Shown piece by piece: positions 1 through 10,247 of a stretch of 64,000 bases of DNA. The DNA is from an uncultured Chloroflexia bacterium (lineage in GTDB: Bacteria > Chloroflexota > Chloroflexia > Thermomicrobiales > CFX8). The notes under the pieces are model-generated. The model saw nothing but the letters and a program-made list of their open reading frames with translations, did no database searches and was not told the origin of the DNA. The stretch lies in assembly GCA_963709995.1 (NCBI GenBank), contig CAVPYN010000011.1:15829-79828 (forward strand), in the 5' to 3' direction. Position 1 is the stretch's first letter; each line of letters begins with the position of its first letter. The translations under genes and the position numbers were made by a program.

Positions 1-2003
1 AGTCACTTCTGTGGTGGATGAAACGAATCATCGACCTTCGCAAGCGGTACAAAGCTTTTGGACGTGGAACGCTAAGATTTCTAAACGTCGAAAACCGCAA
101 GATCCTGGCATTCCTGCGGGAGTTCGAGGACGAGAAGATTCTCGTCATTGCCAACCTCTCGCGCTTCGCCCAGGCGGCTGAACTGGATCTCTCGGAATTC
201 GAGACGATGGTTCCTATCGAGATGTTCGGACGCACCGAGTTCCCGCCGATTGGCGGCCTGCCCTATTTCCTGACCCTCAGCCCGCATGGCTTCTACTGGT
301 TCTCGCTGGAGCGACAGGAGATCCGTGGCGATTACGAGCCCGCGGTGCCCGGCGAGGATCGCGCAATCCCGACACTGACGACCCGCGAGCACTGGGAATC
401 GTTGCTCGCACCGAACCGCCAGCGGCGCCTCACAGGCGTCCTCGCCAGCTACGTTCGGGAGCGTCGCTGGTTCAGGAGCAAGACAAGAACGATTCGCCAG
501 ACAACGATCGGATCGAAAGTCCCGTTGGCTCTTGACGATCGCGCGGCCCAGATCATCCTGTTCGAGATCGACTACTCTGAGGGAGAACCGGAGACCTACC
601 TGATACCACTCGCCTTCGCGACGGCCGAACGCGCCACGCAGGTGCGTGACTGGACCCCTCACGCGGTCATCGCCAACGTAACAGCGGGCGGCGACGAGGG
701 CGTTCTTTACGACGCCCTCTGGGATCCCGACTTCTGTCAGGCGTTGCTTGCGTTGATCGGTCGCCAGCGCACTGCACGGGGCGATTCCGGCAGGCTGCGC
801 GGCGTGGCGGGACGGAACTTCCGTCAACTCCGGGGCGCTGAGGAGTTGCATGTGTCAATCTCCGGCGCAGAGCAGAGTAACAGCTCAATCAACTATGGCG
901 ACCGCTTGATGTTGAAGCTCTTCCGCAAGCTCGAAGAAAACGTCAATCCGGACTACGAGATTGGTCAATTCCTGACCGAGCGCACCCAATTCGACGCCCT
1001 TGCTCCGGTGGCTGGCGCGCTTAACTTCGAGCCATCCGACGGCCGAGCGCCGATGACAGCAGGAATTCTGCTGGGCTACGTCGAGAACGAAGACGACGCC
1101 TGGAGCTACACGCTCGACGTGTTCGGAAGTTTCATCGAGCGGCTGCTAACTGAGCCTGAAGTCGCGGATCGAGCGCCAGCCGCGGCGTCCCACCCGCTGG
1201 ATGTTGCCGCTGCGAAGATCCCAGATGAGGCGTACGAACTCGTGGGCGCCTATCTCGACGATGCGGCGCTGCTTGGAACACGGACCGCACAGATGCACCT
1301 GGCACTGTCATCCCGTCGTGATGATCCTGCCTTTGCGCCGGAAGATTTCTCGCTTCTTGGTCAGCGGGCGCTGTTTCAGTCGATGCGCTCCCAGGGCCGC
1401 CGCATTCTCCGCGATCTACATCGCTGGTCGAACGAGTTCCCGGCAGATCTCCAGGAAACTGCGGCCCAGCTCATCGATCGCGAGAGCGAGGTCCTGGCCC
1501 GCTTCCAGCAACTAACCAACCATCGCATCGACGCTCAGAACATTCGCACGCACGGCGACTACCATCTTGGACAAGTGCTCTATACCGGCCGGGACTTCGT
1601 CATCATCGACTTCGAAGGCGAGCCTGCCCGGGCCATCGGCGAGCGCCGGCTGAAACGTTCCCCCATGCGTGATGTCGCCGGCATGATCCGCTCGTTCGAC
1701 TATGCCGCGCACTCCGGGAATCTTGGCGCGGGCGCCTGGGTACGCGAGGAAGATGCCGATCTCGTGTCCGTCTGGTCACGTCTCTGGTACCGATGGGTGA
1801 GCGGCGCGTTCCTGCGCGGCTATCTCGACGCGGCTTGTGGGGCGGAGTTCCTTCCGTCCAACGAGGGAGATCTCCGGGTGCTGCTTGACGCCTACCTGAT
1901 CGAAAAGGCAATCTATGAGATTGGCTATGAGATGAACAACCGTCCTGCATGGACGGCGATTCCAATCCGTGGAATTCTCGATCTTCTGGAGCAACAGACA
2001 TGA
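1..2003 (+). CDS. treS: Trehalose synthase C-terminal region fused to maltokinase (TreS-Mak/Pep2 fusion); 5' end lies outside the window
   Basis: The frame of ORF 18..2003 stays open to the window edge. The first ~100 aa ([16 protein letters not shown]...ANLSRFAQ...[16 protein letters not shown]) look like the TreS C-terminal domain. The rest carries maltokinase/APH-fold motifs ([20 protein letters not shown]). Stop TGA 2001-2003 overlaps the next start (ATGA). Confidence 0.85.
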   Translation, partial: SLLWWMKRIIDLRKRYKAFGRGTLRFLNVENRKILAFLREFEDEKILVIANLSRFAQAAELDLSEFETMVPIEMFGRTEFPPIGGLPYFLTLSPHGFYWFSLERQEIRGDYEPAVPGEDRAIPTLTTREHWESLLAPNRQRRLTGVLASYVRERRWFRSKTRTIRQTTIGSKVPLALDDRAAQIILFEIDYSEGEPETYLIPLAFATAERATQVRDWTPHAVIANVTAGGDEGVLYDALWDPDFCQALLALIGRQRTARGDSGRLRGVAGRNFRQLRGAEELHVSISGAEQSNSSINYGDRLMLKLFRKLEENVNPDYEIGQFLTERTQFDALAPVAGALNFEPSDGRAPMTAGILLGYVENEDDAWSYTLDVFGSFIERLLTEPEVADRAPAAASHPLDVAAAKIPDEAYELVGAYLDDAALLGTRTAQMHLALSSRRDDPAFAPEDFSLLGQRALFQSMRSQGRRILRDLHRWSNEFPADLQETAAQLIDRESEVLARFQQLTNHRIDAQNIRTHGDYHLGQVLYTGRDFVIIDFEGEPARAIGERRLKRSPMRDVAGMIRSFDYAAHSGNLGAGAWVREEDADLVSVWSRLWYRWVSGAFLRGYLDAACGAEFLPSNEGDLRVLLDAYLIEKAIYEIGYEMNNRPAWTAIPIRGILDLLEQQT

Positions 2004-5000
2004 GCATGACCCGCGAACGAACGGACAATCTGCGAAGGCTGGCGGAACGTTACGGCATCGCCACAAGCTACACCGCCATGGACGGCAAACAGGTGCGACC
2101 GCCGGACGAGACGGTCCTCTCCGCGCTGCGCTCGCTGGGCGCGGACGTCGGTTCAGGCGACGACCTCAAGACAGTTTACGACCGCCGGTTAGCCGAGGAC
2201 TGGATGTCGATCTGCGATCCGTCCGCGGTTGCCTGGGATGGCTCCGCCGAGATTGAAGTCAGGCTGCCCTCGCGCCATGCGACCACCGATTTGAACCTGA
2301 CCCTGACGCTCGAAGGCGGCGACCGGCTGTCCGAATCCGTCTCGATTCGCGACTATAAGGTAATAGGATCGGCCCGTCCCGAACCGCGCGCGAGCTATCT
2401 TGCCAGGCGGGTAGCCCTCCCCTGGGTCGTTCCTGCCGGCTACCACCGGCTTGAACTGGAGTCCGGAGAGGTCACAGGCTCGATGTTCATCATCTCGTCT
2501 CCCAGACGGGCATTCCAGCATGATCGCGAGCGCAGCTGGGGGACGTTCCTTCCTCTCTATAGTCTGACAACCTCTGAGAGCTGGGGAGCGGGAAACTTCA
2601 CCGATCTCGGAAGGCTCGTAGGCTGGACAACCGATTTGGGCGGGAGCTACGCCGGCACCCTGCCGCTTCTGGCGGCGTTTCTCGACAAACCCTTTCAACC
2701 GGAGCCGTACGCTCCGGTTTCACGGCAATTCTGGAACGAGTTCTTCATCGACGTGACCGCCGTACCGGAAATGGCACACTCGGAGGCAGCGAGAGAACTC
2801 ATCGGCGCCAACGCATTTCAGAGCGAACTTGCGGCACTCCGCTCCGACGAATTCGTCGATTATCGTCGGGGCATGAAGGTACGCCGCCAGGTCCTCGAAC
2901 AACTTGCGCAGGCACTTTTTGCGGACCCAAGCGACCGGTTCGATGAGTTCCAGAGATGGCTCGAAGCGCGCCCGGTTCTGGGCGACTACGCTCGCTTCCG
3001 AGCGATCTGCGAGCGCCATAACGCTGGCCCCGGCGACTGGCCCAGGGCCCTTCGTCCGGACGAGATCACCAGCGCCGACTTCGACGAAGCGGTTTTCAGT
3101 TATCATGCGTACGTTCAGTGGATCGCCGACCAACAACTGGCGGCCATCAGCAACCGGTCAGACGATACTGGTCTGTATCTCGATCTGCCGATTGGTGTAA
3201 GTGGCGACGGCTTCGACCTCTGGAACGAGCCAGCAGCTTTCGCGACCGGCTTCAGCGTCGGCGCGCCGCCCGATCTCCTCGGTGAAAACGGACAGAACTG
3301 GGGGCTCCCGCCGTTGCATCCGCGCGGCCTTCAGGGACAAAGCTACCGCCACTTTATCGCCATTATCCAGCATCACATGCGTCATGCTTCTATGCTACGC
3401 GTCGATCACATCATGGGGCTTCACCGGCAATTCTGGATCCCAACTGGCGCGGATAGCGCCGACGGCACCTACGTTCATTATCCCGCCGATGACCTGTACG
3501 CGATACTGATTCTCGAGTCGCACCGCAATCGGACAGAATTGGTCGGGGAAGACCTCGGGACTGTCCCCACAAAGGTTCGTCCCAAACTTGAGGATCACGA
3601 GATCTGCCGGATGATCATTGTGCCGTTCGAAGTCAGACCAGATTCGACGAGTCTCGACGACGTGCCCAAGCTCGCTCTCGCCGCCCTCAACACCCACGAT
3701 CTGCCGCCCTTCGCGGGGATCTGTGAACAATGGTTCGACGACGAGCGTCAGCAAGTGCTGGTAGGGTTGTTAGAGGAGCAGGGTCGGCTCGACGATTCCG
3801 ACGAGCCCGACATGCAGGCCATAATCGCGGCGACCCTGGAACACCTCGGCGCAAGCGGTGCCCGATCCGTGCTCGTCAACCTTGAGGATCTCTGGCTCGA
3901 AACACGATCGCAGAATATCCCGGGCACCACCGGCAAAGATCACCCGAACTGGCGTCGTAAAGCCGTCAGTCCTTTGAAGAGTTTTCAGGATCACCGACGG
4001 TCCTCGGAACGCTGGCACGGCTCGATGCTTCGCGTCGCGAAAGCACCAGAGAGGATCAGAACACTTGATTGCAACCGTTTCCGACCAGGACATCTATCTC
4101 TTAACGAAGGCAGTCATCTCAGCCTGGCCGATCACCTCGGGGCGCACATTTCCGAACGAGAAGGACGACCGGGCACGGCATTTGGCGTCTGGGCGCCAAA
4201 CGCCGAATCGGTCTCGGTCGTTGGCGATTTCAATGGCTGGGATCAACAGGCTAACCCGCTCGCCGCCCAGGCATCTTCTGGTATCTGGTCTGGTTTCGTT
4301 CCCGATGTCGGCCAGGGCGCACGCTACAAGTACCACATTCGTTCCAGGCACAATGATTATCGAGTCAACAAAGCCGATCCGTTCGCATTCCATGCCGAAA
4401 CATCTCCGGCAACGGCATCGATCGTGTGGCCACTCGACTACGAGTGGGGTGACGACGAATGGATGGCAGCACGAGGCGAGCGGAATAGCTCGACAGCTCC
4501 GCAATCAATCTACGAAGTTCATCTCGGCTCCTGGATGCGCGTGCCGGACGAGAACGACCGCTCTCTGAGCTACCGCGAGATCGCGCCGAAGCTTGCGGAG
4601 TATGTTCTCGACATGGGCTTCACCCACGTTGAGCTCCTGCCAATCATGGAGCATCCGTTTTACGGCTCCTGGGGTTACCAGACCACCGGCTATTTCGCGC
4701 CGACCAGCCGCTACGGCACGCCGCAGGAGTTCATGTATCTCGTCGATCATCTGCACCAGCATGGCATCGGGGTGATCCTCGACTGGGTGCCGTCGCACTT
4801 CCCATCCGACGAGCATGGACTGGCGTATTTCGACGGCACCCATCTTTTCGAGCACTCCGACCCGAGGCAGGGATACCATCCGGACTGGAACAGCTACATA
4901 TTCAACTACGGCCGGAACGAAGTGCGCAGTTTTCTCCTCAGCAGCGCGCTCTTCTGGTTCGACAAATATCACATCGATGGACTGCGAGTAGACGCGGTCG

Positions 5001-5965
5001 CGTCGATGCTCTACCTCGACTATTCCCGCAAGGAAGGGGAATGGATCCCGAATCAGTACGGCGGTCGGGAAAATCTCGAAGCCATCGACTTCCTGCGCCG
5101 CTTCAACAGCGAGGTGTATGGACGGCACCCGGACACGCAGACAACCGCCGAGGAATCAACGGCTTGGCCGATGGTCTCGCGCCCAACCTATATTGGCGGT
5201 CTCGGCTTCGGTCAGAAGTGGGACATGGGCTGGATGCACGACACGCTGCAGTATTTCACTCGCGATCCGGTGCACCGCAACTATCACCATCACGAACTGA
5301 CCTTCCGGATGATCTATGCGTTCACCGAGAACTTCGTGTTGCCACTGTCCCACGACGAGGTCGTGCATGGCAAGGGCTCGATGCTCGACAAGATGCCCGG
5401 TGACGAATGGCAGAAGTTCGCCAACTTGCGGTTGCTCTACAGCTATATGATCGCCCAACCCGGCAAGAAGCTGCTGTTCATGGGCAGCGAATTCGGACAG
5501 GGCCGTGAGTGGAACCACGACGCCAGTCTGGACTGGCATCTGCTCGATATCCCGGCACACCAGGGGGTTCAAAAGACGGTCCGGGACCTCAACCGGATCT
5601 ATCGTGAATCTCCGGCACTGCACAGGACCGATTTCAACGACCAGGGTTTCGAGTGGATCGACGCCAACGACGCCGAACATAGCGTCCTCAGCTTCCTGCG
5701 GAAGGATCCCGACGACGGCCAGAAGATCATTGCCGTCTTTAATCTGACGCCAGTGCCACGGCACAACTACCGGGTAGGAACGCCGGAGTCAGGAACCTGG
5801 CACGAGATCTTCAATAGCGATGCTTCCGGTTACGGCGGCAGCGGGCAGGGCAATCTGGGGGGCGCCGCCTCCGCGCCGGTTCCCTGGAATGGCCGCCCCG
5901 CGTCAATCGTCGTCACCGTGCCGCCATTGAGTGCGCTCTTCTTTTCGAACGGGATCGCAAGCTGA
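2000..5965 (+). CDS. malQ/glgB: 4-alpha-glucanotransferase (MalQ, GH77) continuing in frame into 1,4-alpha-glucan branching enzyme (GlgB, GH13); apparent fusion created by a 1-nt frame difference near 4100
   Basis: ATG 2000 (MSMTRERT) overlaps the treS-mak stop. The MalQ body (LPLYSL...[14 protein letters not shown]) runs to ~4000. The GlgB body runs from [15 protein letters not shown] (4101) with the motifs [27 protein letters not shown] and [12 protein letters not shown]. It is a single 1321-codon ORF. Confidence 0.8.
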   Translation: MSMTRERTDNLRRLAERYGIATSYTAMDGKQVRPPDETVLSALRSLGADVGSGDDLKTVYDRRLAEDWMSICDPSAVAWDGSAEIEVRLPSRHATTDLNLTLTLEGGDRLSESVSIRDYKVIGSARPEPRASYLARRVALPWVVPAGYHRLELESGEVTGSMFIISSPRRAFQHDRERSWGTFLPLYSLTTSESWGAGNFTDLGRLVGWTTDLGGSYAGTLPLLAAFLDKPFQPEPYAPVSRQFWNEFFIDVTAVPEMAHSEAARELIGANAFQSELAALRSDEFVDYRRGMKVRRQVLEQLAQALFADPSDRFDEFQRWLEARPVLGDYARFRAICERHNAGPGDWPRALRPDEITSADFDEAVFSYHAYVQWIADQQLAAISNRSDDTGLYLDLPIGVSGDGFDLWNEPAAFATGFSVGAPPDLLGENGQNWGLPPLHPRGLQGQSYRHFIAIIQHHMRHASMLRVDHIMGLHRQFWIPTGADSADGTYVHYPADDLYAILILESHRNRTELVGEDLGTVPTKVRPKLEDHEICRMIIVPFEVRPDSTSLDDVPKLALAALNTHDLPPFAGICEQWFDDERQQVLVGLLEEQGRLDDSDEPDMQAIIAATLEHLGASGARSVLVNLEDLWLETRSQNIPGTTGKDHPNWRRKAVSPLKSFQDHRRSSERWHGSMLRVAKAPERIRTLDCNRFRPGHLSLNEGSHLSLADHLGAHISEREGRPGTAFGVWAPNAESVSVVGDFNGWDQQANPLAAQASSGIWSGFVPDVGQGARYKYHIRSRHNDYRVNKADPFAFHAETSPATASIVWPLDYEWGDDEWMAARGERNSSTAPQSIYEVHLGSWMRVPDENDRSLSYREIAPKLAEYVLDMGFTHVELLPIMEHPFYGSWGYQTTGYFAPTSRYGTPQEFMYLVDHLHQHGIGVILDWVPSHFPSDEHGLAYFDGTHLFEHSDPRQGYHPDWNSYIFNYGRNEVRSFLLSSALFWFDKYHIDGLRVDAVASMLYLDYSRKEGEWIPNQYGGRENLEAIDFLRRFNSEVYGRHPDTQTTAEESTAWPMVSRPTYIGGLGFGQKWDMGWMHDTLQYFTRDPVHRNYHHHELTFRMIYAFTENFVLPLSHDEVVHGKGSMLDKMPGDEWQKFANLRLLYSYMIAQPGKKLLFMGSEFGQGREWNHDASLDWHLLDIPAHQGVQKTVRDLNRIYRESPALHRTDFNDQGFEWIDANDAEHSVLSFLRKDPDDGQKIIAVFNLTPVPRHNYRVGTPESGTWHEIFNSDASGYGGSGQGNLGGAASAPVPWNGRPASIVVTVPPLSALFFSNGIAS
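4049..4103 (+). other. Relic independent glgB translation start: SD-like GAGAGGA, TTG 4065 and the conserved GlgB N-terminus, all encoded in a different frame from the GlgB body
   Basis: ORF 4065..4568 begins [13 protein letters not shown], which matches the GlgB N-terminal D(I/V)YLF(N/H)EG motif, then turns to nonsense. The motif continues as NEGSH only in the malQ frame. GAGAGGA lies 9 nt upstream of the TTG. Confidence 0.6.
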
Positions 5966-7821
5966 CAGCTTCACACCCGCGGCTTGGCACGACGCTGCTA
6001 CCAGGCAACCGCTGCCAGTTTCTCGTCTGGGCGCCATTTTGCGATCAGGTTGACGTCCACCTGCTCGGGGAGGAGGATCGTTTTATTCGCCTCGATCGCG
6101 ACGACCGGGGCTACCACGCCGGTGTAATCGCGGACGTGTCGTCCGGAAGCAGGTACTTCTACCGGCTGGATGGCGGCAACGAATGCCCTGATCCCGCTTC
6201 ACGTTTCCAGCCCGAGGGAGTCCACGGCCCATCCGAAGTAACTGATCCCGAAGCATTCGCCTGGACCGATGATGGCTGGCGGGACATCCCGCGTTCAGAG
6301 CTTGTCTTCTACGAACTACACATCGGCACATTCTCCGATGAAGGCACCTTCGATGGCGCGATTCCGCATCTCGACAGGCTTCGCGATCTCGGCATCACCT
6401 GTATCGAGATCATGCCGGTCAACCAGTTCCCGGGCGCGCGCAACTGGGGCTACGACGGCGTCCAGCTCTTCGCGGCGCAGAATAGCTATGGTGGTCCGGA
6501 TGGGCTCCGCAGGCTGGTCGATGCCTGCCATGCGCGCGGGTTCGCTGTCATCCTCGATGTCGTCTACAACCACCTCGGCCCCGAAGGAAACTACCTGGGG
6601 CAGTTTGGTCCATATTTCACCGATCGACACCAGACACCGTGGGGGGCGGCGATCAATTTTGACGATCGCGACAGCGACGAAGTGCAACGTTTCTTCATGG
6701 AGAACGCGCTTCACTGGATCACCGATTATCACTTCGACGGCTTCCGGCTGGACGCGATCCACGCTATCCAGGACCATCGCCCACGGCCATTTCTCCGCAA
6801 GATGGCCCACGCGGTACATGCGTGGGGAGAGCGCGAACGGCGCTTTGTGCACGTCATCGCCGAGAGCAATATGAATGATCCAAGAGTGGTCAATCCGGCT
6901 CGCTTCGGCGGTTTCGGCTTGGACGCTGAATGGAACGACGATTTCCATCATGCGTTGCACACGCTGCTAACCGATGAGAACACCGGCTACTACCACGATT
7001 ATCAAGGTTTCAGCGATCTCGCGAGGGCGGTTCGGGAGGGCTTCGTCTACACCGGAGAGCACATGGCGTTTCGGGGGCGCGGCCACGGCGACGCCCCACA
7101 TCTCTATGAAGGCGACAACTTCGTGATCTTCGCCCAGAATCACGACCAGATCGGCAATCGCGCCATCGGCGACCGCCTCAGCACGATGATCTCGTTCGAG
7201 GCGCAGAAAGCAGTCGCCGGGCTGGTCACACTCTTGCCCTATCTGCCGTTACTGTTCATGGGTGAGGAATATGGCGAGACGAGTCCATTTCCTTATTTCG
7301 TCGATCATGGTGACCCGGCCTTGATCGATGCCGTGCGGCGAGGGCGGCGCCGCGAGTTCAAGAGCTTCGGTTGGCATGGGGAGCTACCCGATCCAGCGGC
7401 GAAAGAGACCTTCGAGCAGGCCAAACTCGACCGGGACAAGCTATCGCAGCCGGCACATGCGGCCCTGTATGACCTTTATCGGGAGTTGCTCGGGCTTCGC
7501 CGGCAACACCCGGCGCTCAGCGCGCTCAGCATACGCGACATGGATCTCACAACGTATCATGAGGAACGCATCCTCTTCACTCGTCGTCGCCACGCAACCG
7601 GAGACGCCTGCTGTGCGTTTTCATTTGGCGACGACGCAGCCTCCTGTCTCGTTCCGATACCGGGGGGCAACTGGAGGCTTGCCATCAGTTCCGCCGAAGA
7701 GCGTTGGGCTGGAACCGGCAGTAACCTGCCCCTACGAATCACGTCGCAGGGAGAACTAACCCTGACTATTCCGCCGAATAGTTGCTGCGTCTATATCCAG
7801 GAACATCAGAAAGCTAACTAA
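5962..7821 (+). CDS. treZ: Malto-oligosyltrehalose trehalohydrolase (TreZ, GH13); start codon unresolved
   Basis: ORF 6136..7821 has the motifs [30 protein letters not shown] and EWNDDFHH. The same frame is open from 5818 and encodes the conserved N-terminal E-set part ([17 protein letters not shown]...[10 protein letters not shown]) upstream of the first ATG/GTG/TTG. Only CTG codons at 5962 and 5995 are available. Confidence 0.8.
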   Translation: MTASHPRLGTTLLPGNRCQFLVWAPFCDQVDVHLLGEEDRFIRLDRDDRGYHAGVIADVSSGSRYFYRLDGGNECPDPASRFQPEGVHGPSEVTDPEAFAWTDDGWRDIPRSELVFYELHIGTFSDEGTFDGAIPHLDRLRDLGITCIEIMPVNQFPGARNWGYDGVQLFAAQNSYGGPDGLRRLVDACHARGFAVILDVVYNHLGPEGNYLGQFGPYFTDRHQTPWGAAINFDDRDSDEVQRFFMENALHWITDYHFDGFRLDAIHAIQDHRPRPFLRKMAHAVHAWGERERRFVHVIAESNMNDPRVVNPARFGGFGLDAEWNDDFHHALHTLLTDENTGYYHDYQGFSDLARAVREGFVYTGEHMAFRGRGHGDAPHLYEGDNFVIFAQNHDQIGNRAIGDRLSTMISFEAQKAVAGLVTLLPYLPLLFMGEEYGETSPFPYFVDHGDPALIDAVRRGRRREFKSFGWHGELPDPAAKETFEQAKLDRDKLSQPAHAALYDLYRELLGLRRQHPALSALSIRDMDLTTYHEERILFTRRRHATGDACCAFSFGDDAASCLVPIPGGNWRLAISSAEERWAGTGSNLPLRITSQGELTLTIPPNSCCVYIQEHQKAN

Positions 7822-7823
7822 TC

Positions 7824-10247
7824 TTGAACCGCTTCGTTTGCGTTCACGGACACTTCTACCAACCTCCCCGCGAGAACCCCTGGCTCGAGACGATCGAAGT
7901 CCAGGATTCCGCCTACCCGTACCACGACTGGAACGAACGCATATCGCAAGAGAGCTACGGTCCCAACGCCGCCGCTCGGATTCTCGACGAAGAGGGACGC
8001 ATCCTCGACATCGTCAACAATTATGCTCGTATCAGCTTCAACTTCGGGCCAACCCTGCTTGCCTGGATGGAGGAGAACGATCCCGAGACGTATGGGAACA
8101 TACTTGCGGCGGACAGGCTTAGCCGGCATCACTTTTCCGGTCACGGCTCCGCTATGGCCCAGGCGTACAATCATCTCATCATGCCACTGGCAAACAGCCG
8201 CGACAAAGAAGCGCAGATTATCTGGGGCATCGCCGATTTCAGACATCGCTTCGAGCGAGAGCCGGAAGGCATGTGGTTGGCGGAAACCGCCGTTGACATC
8301 GAGTCGCTCGACTTGATGGCCAAACACGGGATCAAGTTCACCGTTCTCGCGCCACATCAGGCGGCGAGAACTCGTCGGATAGGCGACAGCGAATGGACCG
8401 ATGTCAACGGCGGCCGGGTCGACCCCACCCGCCCCTATCGAGTCCAACTTCCTTCTGGCGAATCGATCACGATCTTCTTCTATGACGGGCCAGTCTCCCA
8501 GGCAGTTGCGTTTGAGGGACTCCTCGATCGAGGCGAGCTGTTGGCAAACCGGATCGCTGGGATCTTTTCCGATTCGCGTGACTGGCCGCAAATTGCCCAC
8601 ATCGCGACTGATGGCGAAACGTATGGTCATCACCATCGCAATGGAGAGATGGCGCTCGCCTACGCGCTTCGCTACATCGAAGATCAGGAAATCGCCCAGC
8701 TAACCAACTACGGTGAATACCTTGAACAATTCCCTCCAACCCACGAGGCTGAAATCGTCGAGGATAGTTCCTGGAGCTGCGTGCATGGCATTGAACGCTG
8801 GCGCTCCAACTGCGGCTGCAACAGCGGGGGCCGACCCGAGTGGAATCAGGAATGGCGCGCTCCGCTGCGCGAAGCGCTTGACTGGCTACGGGACAGCATG
8901 CTCCCCGAGTATGCCTCCGGCGCGAGCGCCCTGCTGAACGACCCCTGGGCAGCCCGGGATGAGTACATCTCCGTCGTGATCGATCGGTCCTCGAAATCGC
9001 TCGACCGTTTCTTCGCCAAGCACGCGGCAAGGAAACTCGAACCGAACGAACGAACGCAGGCGCTAAAGCTGCTCGAGATGCAGCGACACGCCATGCTGAT
9101 GTACACCAGCTGCGGATGGTTCTTCGACGAACTCTCGGGGATCGAGACGGTCCAGGTCATCGAGTACGCGTCACGGGCCGTCGAACTCGCCGACGAATTC
9201 TCCGGAAGTGGCCTCGAATCGGGATTTGTCGAGCGGCTCGCGGCGGCAAAGAGCAACCTGCCGCGCTTTGGCGATGGCGCAGCCATCTACGATAGGCTCG
9301 TTCGTCCAGCCACCGTCGATCTTGCGAAGGTCGCGGCGCACTACGCGATGAACGCACTCTTCACTGACGAGCCGCCTGTTGGCGTGTATGCATTCGAAGC
9401 CCGTCCGGAGGATGTGCATCGTTACAGCGCTGGCAGGTCACGGCTCGGCCTGGGCCGTGTTCATCTCAGATCGCGCATCACGAATGAAGCGGACACGTTC
9501 TCCTTCGGAGTCCTCCACCTCGGAGATCACAACCTCAGCGGCGGGGTGCGGATGTTCCAGGGACCCGAGCCGTTTGAGGTAATGAAGACAGAAGTCACCG
9601 CCGCCTTCGAGCGAGCGGACCTGCCGGAGACAATCAGGCGAATCGACCATCATTTCGGCGACCACTCCTATTCACTGGGCACACTGTTTCGGGACGAGCA
9701 GCGCAACATCACCGAGGATATCCTCAACGGGACGCTCGCAAGTGCGGAGTCCGTCTACCGGCATCTGTACGAAGACAATGCCGCGCTCATGCGCTATCTC
9801 AACAAAGTCTCAATTCCGCTCCCCCGGGCGCTCCGTACGGCAGCGGAATACGTAATGAACGTCGACATCACCAGGGCGCTTGGTGAAGACCCGATCGACC
9901 TCGACTACATTCGAGATTACTTCGATGACACCGAATCCTGGGGGCTTGAGCTCGACGTGCCGGGCATCAGCTTCGCGATGAACCACGCCCTGGAGCGCCA
10001 TACCGCCCGCCTCAACGAGGCCAACGCCGGTCCAGCGCTGTTCGACGAGATCACGAAACTCATCAACATGATCCTTGGACTACCATTCGGTTGCGACCTC
10101 TGGACGGCGCAAAACGACTACCACGAGGTCTTCACTCACCGTTATCCGGGCATTCAGGATCTCGCCGAGTATGGCGATCCTGAAGCAGCCGCCTGGGTGG
10201 ATTCGTTCGAGAGCCTCGGACGAGCGCTGGCGTTCAGGATCGAATGA
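7824..10247 (+). CDS. GH57-family alpha-glucan-active glycoside hydrolase with a long C-terminal DUF3536-like domain
   Basis: 807 aa. GH57 signature regions are HGHFYQPPRE, AYNHLIMPLAN, GMWLAETAV (nucleophile Glu), IATDGETYGHHH (acid/base Asp) and MYTSCGWFFDE. TTG start lies 2 nt after the treZ stop. The stop overlaps the treY start. Confidence 0.85.
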   Translation: MNRFVCVHGHFYQPPRENPWLETIEVQDSAYPYHDWNERISQESYGPNAAARILDEEGRILDIVNNYARISFNFGPTLLAWMEENDPETYGNILAADRLSRHHFSGHGSAMAQAYNHLIMPLANSRDKEAQIIWGIADFRHRFEREPEGMWLAETAVDIESLDLMAKHGIKFTVLAPHQAARTRRIGDSEWTDVNGGRVDPTRPYRVQLPSGESITIFFYDGPVSQAVAFEGLLDRGELLANRIAGIFSDSRDWPQIAHIATDGETYGHHHRNGEMALAYALRYIEDQEIAQLTNYGEYLEQFPPTHEAEIVEDSSWSCVHGIERWRSNCGCNSGGRPEWNQEWRAPLREALDWLRDSMLPEYASGASALLNDPWAARDEYISVVIDRSSKSLDRFFAKHAARKLEPNERTQALKLLEMQRHAMLMYTSCGWFFDELSGIETVQVIEYASRAVELADEFSGSGLESGFVERLAAAKSNLPRFGDGAAIYDRLVRPATVDLAKVAAHYAMNALFTDEPPVGVYAFEARPEDVHRYSAGRSRLGLGRVHLRSRITNEADTFSFGVLHLGDHNLSGGVRMFQGPEPFEVMKTEVTAAFERADLPETIRRIDHHFGDHSYSLGTLFRDEQRNITEDILNGTLASAESVYRHLYEDNAALMRYLNKVSIPLPRALRTAAEYVMNVDITRALGEDPIDLDYIRDYFDDTESWGLELDVPGISFAMNHALERHTARLNEANAGPALFDEITKLINMILGLPFGCDLWTAQNDYHEVFTHRYPGIQDLAEYGDPEAAAWVDSFESLGRALAFRIE

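Noticed and set aside
1949-1999. The upstream start (1949) of the 1338-aa ORF
   Set aside because: It lies inside treS-mak. ATG 2000 gives the typical MalQ N-terminus and an ATGA stop/start overlap.
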